The translations under genes were made by a program, and so were the position numbers. Below the pieces are notes generated by a model. It saw nothing but the letters and a program-made list of their open reading frames with translations. It did not search any database and was not told the DNA's origin. A stretch of DNA of 64,000 bases, taken from the NCBI RefSeq assembly GCF_964355755.1, contig NC_092678.1, positions 23,391,365 to 23,455,364 of the forward strand, written 5' to 3'. The DNA comes from Antedon mediterranea. Taxonomy: Eukaryota; Animalia; Echinodermata. The first letter of the stretch is position 1. The number at the start of each line of letters is the position of its first letter. Below, piece by piece: positions 56,867 to 64,000 of the stretch.

Positions 56867-58782
56867 GTTTTTATGTTTATTATTAGTAGTTTAGTACCTC
56901 TAACTATTCAGTATTCTATTTATTTCAATATTAATATTCTTCTTTTGATTCTGTAAATAATAATAAACAAGAGATAGGCCTAGTTTAATAGACCAGTTTT
57001 CTGCTATTACTGTGGAGAGCCAGGTCCAGGACCTGCTAAGCCTACTACCTTGGCCTAGCTTAGAGGCAATCCTACCTGTCATGCTACAGGCCTACATACT
57101 ATATACGTACATACTTGTCATAGCCTAGTCCTAGTCTACTAGGTCTAGTCTAGTCTAGTCTAGGCCTAGGCCTAGGCCTGCCTCGGCAGTCAGGCCCAGC
57201 TAGCCCAATTTGGGAATCGGAATTGTTCACAAATATGCTTACTAAATACAACTTAAATTAGTAAAAGTTCGTAGAAAGTTCTGTTGCAATACCTTCATGC
57301 AACTGGTATTATTTTATTCAACTGAGAAACAGTTAAATTTAAGTGAAAAAACGACGTGTCTTGTGCATCGCATGCTGTCTGCTGCCGGCCCATGCCTGGC
57401 GCGCTGCTGCCAAAAAAGTTTTGTGAGTACCCAGCCGTTGATGGCGCAAATATGAATTAGGGAAAGGTCTAATAAAAAAAAGTCTCTGGTTCAATCCCGA
57501 GTTTAGGTATCTTTTACAGATATCGTTTCTAGTGCATTTGTTTTGGTTTCAGTATAAGATTGTTTTCTATGTATAAATGGTTTACTTGGAAGCGTCAAAC
57601 TGAACCTGGTTCATTCCCGGGTTTCAGAACATATATTTTTTTAGTGCACTATTTAATATCTAATACAATAAATCTATCGTAACTTAGTGCATTTATTTTT
57701 GTTTCAGGACATAATATTAAATATTTTTTTCAATGTAGACTGCATTTGTCTAACTCGTAAAATAATAACATATTCTATAATATCCAAGGCATTTTTCCCA
57801 GTAGGTCTTAATTGAGTTTATAGAAAGTTCGTCAAATATACGTGGATACCAACATTTTACTCACCTGTATACTACTGTACGATTTCTGTAGCCTTCTACC
57901 ATTTCAGTAAATAATGAGGGGATATTTGAATAGCCTACCTAAAGTCAACCTTTTGTTTATTTACCTGCATCATCAAGGACAAATTTAAATACGTTATCAG
58001 TAGTAGCGCCCATGTGTCCAGCAGCAAGAGGCACCGAGTTCTTTTACTATTGGTTGATTCACGTATCTTCAGATATAATTAGTTGACTTAGCAATCGAGG
58101 AAATTGCATAAAGGTCGAAAGTTTGGTCACACTAGAACCTAACGCAAGTACGTACGAGCAACTCAAATAATTTGATCAATCACAAGCGACAGTTCAGATC
58201 AGACGAACCGTTACTTGTGATTGGTCAAATGAATTTGTTATGCGTCGGTTTCTATATCAGAAACATTTCTCTCATTAAATAATAAATCATAAATGCAATA
58301 TCTTTCAAGTTGTTTTTATTTTTTACAAGTCTTTCTACCATTGTCTTTATAATATATTTAAATGAATTTAAAACTAGAAAATAAATTGATATCAATAACT
58401 AAGCATATTATTTCAGTATATTATAGTCCTCATGATTTGTTACTTCTTGGCAATTTCTCATTTCAAGTGTTCTTATCAAATATGTTGTTCCATTTGTGTC
58501 CATTCTATGTTTTGCCAATTTCATAATGTTTGTTTCTTATAAAACATATCTATTAGGTTACATTTGTTTAAAGTCAAAATAAACTACAAATTAATTTAAA
58601 ACAAATTTGATATTTTCAAGATTTTCTACAAATTTTCTTTAGAGTTTAATTTGATTTTGTAGTGCAGTATATTGAACAATTGGAAAAAAACCCATGCTTT
58701 ATCTAATTTAATTCAATACTGGTTGTAATCATAATAAACATTATTAATCATATTTTTATTTGGATTTAAATAATAAGAGTCT

Positions 58783-61700
58783 TTATTGAAGACAAGACAC
58801 AGCCTTCTTTGCAGCATCATCCAAATTGTCGGACGTCTGGATTGGGAGACCACTTTCCGCTAGAATTCTGCTCGCTTCGTCGACATTCATACCTAAAATT
58901 GATAAAAAAAAACGTTAAAAATTAAAAACATTATAAAAATATTGATAAAAAAAATCATAATTTGACATTACTATAAATTTGTACTACAAAGTTTATCCAC
59001 AACAGTGGGCTTATACAGAACGAGGCGAGCTAAGGTGGGCTTATAGGTGAATATTACCTGCTAATCGTACTACAACTGGTATCTTCAGGTCCATCCCTCT
59101 ACAGGCTGCTGTAATACCATTAGCAACTGTTGCGCAGTTTACAATCCCGCCAAAAATGTTGACAAAGATGGCTTTTACCTGAAAAAAAAGTTAAGTGAGT
59201 GAAAAACTAACAAAAATATTACATTACAGTAAAACCCAGGGACATCTTTAGGACCAACAAAATGCCCCTTAAGTTGAACGAATTCCTCTATGCTGTAAAA
59301 CTCTGTGGATATTGTCAGCCTATAGAGGGCGACATAGGAATATTATTACATATCAATATGTTAACTTACACTTTTATCTGCATTCAGTAGTTTAAATGCT
59401 TCGTACACTTGGTTTTCTTGAACACCGCCCCCTAGATCAAGGAAATTAGCAGGTTCTCCGCCATGTAGTTTAATAATGTCCATTGTAGCCATAGCTAAGC
59501 CAGCACCATTTACTAAAGAAAAAATAAATTGAATTAGAACTAATAAAACTATTAGTTCTGAATAATAATAGTTTTTAATAATTTTTTTCCATTTTATACA
59601 TACCTAAGCATCCTATATTACCATCCATTGCAATAAAGTTGAGGTTGTGACTGGCTGCCTGTACCTCTCTTGGGTCACTTTCTGACGTATCTTCCAACTT
59701 AAACAATTCCTTCTGTCTGTACTCAGCATTATCATCAAAGTTAATCTTAGCATCAAAGCAAACAACTTAAAAAGAAATGAAATAGCATTGTAAAAACCTT
59801 TGTAAAAGATGTAGTAAGATGCTAACATGCAACAAAAAGATTATTTGTGAGGTCACGCATATTATGCTGTAAAGCTCTGTCTACACTATCAAACTAATTC
59901 AACAACAAAAAAGTGTGCCCAAATATAGTAGAGATATACCCAAATATGGTAGTGAAATGACATCATCATGTCCATATATGGGCACATCACATTTTGATAG
60001 TGCAGACACAGCTTTATTTATAATTATTACATTATAATTTTGTTTAAATTCTTAATCTAGTAATTTACCTTTGCCATCTGGCGTCTCACCAAATGGATTA
60101 ATTTCAACTTGTGTGGCATCTACGCCTAAAAATAACTCGTACATTCGTTTGATTTCCTCGGCAGCCTAAAAACAAAGGTTGGATCAACTGTTATTAATAT
60201 CATCATACTGAAACACTACCAGACTTTATGCTACAACAAAATGCGATGTGCCCATATATGGACATGACGACCTGTCAAACTAGTTTGATAGTGTAGACAG
60301 AGCTTTATAAAGGCAGTGGTTCAAATCTTACTCGCCTCTCTTTGTAGTGATCCTTCAAACTTTAGATTAGATGCCATTTCCATAGCTTGTTCATCGGTTA
60401 TTCCAATCTGGATATCAATTGGTATCTTGGGTAAAATAACAATATTGTAAAAATAATATTAAATAAAAATAATAATAAAATCATTTAAAACCCAATAAAA
60501 GCAGAAAAGGAAGAACACAAAATCTGTAAATCTGATCTGTAGCAACCTTTTGTAAGATTTCTCGACAATCGGCTTGATTTGAACCCATCATTCTAAGATT
60601 GTTAAGCAAGAATAAAAACCACCTGCCATGATAACCAGATTCATTTATACACATTTACATGGTTATAACAATAATAACTGGGGCATACGCTAGAAGCAAA
60701 GGGCCGCAACAATACGTAAATGTATAATACATGAAAAGAAATAAAAAAAACAATAAACATTTGCTTCATTCAATTCAAGTTACTTACTTTAAAAATAAGT
60801 TCTGGTGTTTTTTCTGCAACTTCTTCAATATCCATACCGCCCTCTGGACTGCCTACCATTACAGGTCCATTGTGAGCTCTATCCATCAAAATGGCAAAGT
60901 ATGTTTCCCTCGATATATCAAATGCCTCCGCTACCATTACCTGTAAGTAATTTTTTAATTAATAATTTAATATTACAAATGGTGATACTTAAGTTTCATT
61001 ACTAGTTGAGTGCTCTAAGAATGTAGGGATGTCATGTAAAAACAACTGTCATTGCCTAATTCTTCGAATGGGAGCTTAAGCAGTTGGTTAAGGGTACAAG
61101 TAAAGTGTAGGGATTGTCTTCTAGTGTGCTGCTGTTATACATATATATTGTGTTTCCCAAAAGCTCTGCTAATTTTAGTTTTATTGTTCTGATTTAGCTT
61201 TTTTCATTATTTTATTTTGTATCTCCATTGAGATCATGACACTGATACCCTCAGCATTGTCAATTTTTTCATAATTTTCCTGTGTATTTATATATATTTG
61301 AATTTAGTCTTACCTTACTGACTAAAACGCCTTTTTCAGGTGTTTGTTTTGTTATCAACCTATTACCAATCATCTGTTCAACCCACGGACTTAATTCTTC
61401 TGGGCTATAAAATATAATTAAGTTTAGAATAAATAAATAAATAACAAAAGCATTACAATATTTAGTTTAATTACTACTGTGCATCTCTATGAAATGATTG
61501 ACTTACTTCTTGGTTAACTTTACTCCTCCTTTGAATCCACTGGGTTCAAAATGTCCCTTTCCTCGTCCTCCAGCAAGGATCTGAGCTTTTAATACATACT
61601 CATCAGCACCTGAAATTAAATAAAGACAATTTTATTTTTCTTGGTGGTCACATTAGTGCATTAAGGTTGATACAGATACATAATTTAATTGTTGTGAGAC

Positions 61701-62512
61701 GAGAGGCGAGTCATTTGTCTACCTTTAGTTAGGCCACGCACCTATTTTTACGTATTATGACCATGTTGTTCATGATATAGTGGGTGGTAAAGTGACAAAC
61801 ATTGTACTCGCACACATTTTTGATGCACCCCTGCGTCAATAATTATTTTTAAATGACGCACTTCTCCCAGGGGTCTTATACTTATTATAGTGGGTCATAC
61901 TTTTGACAACTGTATAATATCTTTATTTCTCACCTAATTCTTTGGCTAGTTTTACAATAGTCTTATGACTGTCGGCTACTCTGAATCGCTGTACTGTACA
62001 TCCATATTTGGACATTAATTCTTTACTCTGATATTCTTGCAGATTAAGGTTCCGGGATTGTGTGACCGATGGAAGTGCTACACTCTTTTTAAAATAAAAT
62101 GGAAAAAAAAAATTGTTTACGCAAACAATCAACAGCAATCAAATCTGGTCTAGTCTAGCCAATACATGTATGAATCAATATACATATAGGACAGAATGTG
62201 GGCCTAGAATTGTCAAGGCCTAGGCTAGTTGGGTATATGTCCATCTCCACTGCAGTGAGTAGGGAGGAAGAGCATTCTCAACCGCGATGAGTAGTGCCCG
62301 GATGACTGACTGATTGTATGACTAGGCCTAGCCTTCAGTGGGCTCCATTTGCCTAAATTTATAACATTTATTCAATAATTAAACGAATCTTATACGAGAC
62401 ACTTTACTTATTAACATTTAAAAATAAAAATTAGAACCTGTCTCTGGAATAAGCAGGAACATCTCGAAAGTGTTCGTCCATATCTCGCAACGCCACTGCT
62501 GAAGTTCGCCAT
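58783..62512 (-). CDS. SUCLG2: Succinate-CoA ligase [GDP-forming] beta subunit, mitochondrial, ~431 aa
   Basis: Exons 62512-62438, 62084-61934, 61609-61507, 61404-61314, 60940-60788, 60425-60336 (GC donor), 60165-60069, 59765-59604, 59512-59370, 59178-59058 and 58892-58783. Arg-rich presequence; LNLQEYQSK (GDP-type), [26 protein letters not shown] and [11 protein letters not shown]. Confidence 0.93.
59873..60013. mobile_element. MITE family A copy in a SUCLG2 intron
   Basis: TAA | AGCTCTGTCTACAC...GTGCAGACACAGCT | TTA. Confidence 0.8.
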
Positions 62513-63378
62513 GTTTTATTTTAGTACGCCACCAACGACAAACCAAGACAGGTATGGAACGCCATACATGCCACAAACATTTATTTTGATGTGAACAAAA
62601 AAACAAAGGCAACGAAAAAATATATATAATGCGCTATTAATGTTTATTACATCTTCTGGGCTAATGTGTTCGACACACCAGGTTCTACAGATTTCAAAAA
62701 TATAATATAATTTTATATAATCCCAAAAAAACTAGTTATTTAACAGACCATAACCCACATCCAGAAAAAAACAATATAAAATGCAATAATATAACCTATA
62801 AAAAATTAGTTTGTCCAGAATGTTCTAAATGACATTTTACAATGGATATTTCATATTGGAATGGTTACTTTTTTTATTTTTACAATTCTATACCATAATA
62901 AAAATATCAGTTGTTGAGCAACTTAGTTTTTGAAATTATTTAATGCACTGCCAAGATTAGATATACATCTTTATGCTTAAACTTGCTAAAAAATTGCTAC
63001 CATAATTCGAAAAACCGGTTATCATACTTTAAAATTATTAATTACACCTAAGGATAGTTCATGGGTTGACTTGCAATTTTTAATAACATTTTCATCAAAG
63101 GAGCATTATGTGAGAAAGAAAGGTTTTGGTAGCAACATTCTGGGGTAACAGCAAGTCTTCAGAATTCAAATTGCGAACAAGAATACGGTGGATAATTGTG
63201 GGTAATTCTTAGAGAAACTGCTTTCCATTCGAAAAATATTAAACTTTACTTATGGAATTGTTATTGCATGTGTCCATGGTTTCAATGACATTTAATATTT
63301 ATCCAAAGAATTTCTAAGCTACCAAGAAAACATTGGTGGTATATTTTTACCCTTAAGATAAATTACAAAAAAATGTGT

Positions 63379-64000
63379 TTAAAAGCCTTTAACAGCTTTA
63401 ACAATACAGGATGCACTGATCCCGAAGCGCTCAAGCAGAACCGTTGGTGGACCACTGTAGGGAATGTTCTGAACAGCCAATCGTCGTACTTTTACTCCTT
63501 CCTCAGACAGCGCAGCAGACACAGCCTCACCAAGTCCACCTATAAAACAAAAATCAGTTTAATACCATATTTTACATAATTATTGAATCACTGTTATGTT
63601 ATATTTTTTTTAATTATTTCATAAGCATCCAACAGCGAGCACAAAATCGTCAATTATTTAACATTTAATAATGTATCATGAGTGGAGTTACAAGTCACTA
63701 GTTACAACCCTGGCACAAGGTCAGAATTGAACCCTGGACCTTGGGATTGGAAGGCAATCATGTTAACCCTCATGTTCATGTTCTCACCTTCAGGGTAATG
63801 GTCTTCAACAGTGAGCACTTTGTTTCCACTGGCTTTGGCACAAGTGAGAAGTGTAGCCTTATCAATTGGTTTCACAGTGAAAGGATCAACCACACACACG
63901 TTGATACCCTCTGCAGCTAGAGTTACCGCAGCCTTCTCGGCTTCTGGAAGTGTTACTCCTGCAGCTACGATGGTCACCTGATCTTTATCACTTTGACGAC
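63379..64000 (-). CDS. TKT: Transketolase, last two exons (gene continues beyond the window)
   Basis: Exons >64000-63788 and 63539-63379 give DQVTIVAAGVTL..A...L..EGINVCVVDPFTVKPID...LTVEDHYPEGGLGEAV...LAV..IPYSGPP..LL..FGISA, the animal transketolase C-terminal domain. Confidence 0.92.

Overview
AT-rich eukaryotic (animal) genomic DNA with spliceosomal introns; gene content and repeats suggest an invertebrate deuterostome such as an echinoderm (inference only). Genes were reconstructed by hand-splicing: an F-box/WD40 protein (-), a single-exon TLR3-like Toll-like receptor with a repetitive C-terminal tail (+), MEIG1 (-), NAMPT (+), PSMA5 (-), a 14-exon SLC6 GABA/creatine-type transporter (-), SUCLG2 (-) and the 3' end of transketolase (-). 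One SLC6 intron is about 14.4 kb and holds two antisense nested genes. The first is a 7-exon gene encoding three caspase-8/cFLIP-like tandem-DED modules around a two-transmembrane hairpin, with no protease domain; this is the best novelty candidate. The second is an intronless Harbinger-type Myb/SANT gene. Non-coding DNA contains about 15 copies of a TTA/TAA-flanked MITE, a second MITE family, a 5'-truncated LINE, tRNA-derived elements, several minisatellites, TAGGCCTA clusters in first introns and a structured GC-richer island in a PSMA5 intron. All identifications come from remembered motifs and reading-frame or splice logic; no database searches were run.
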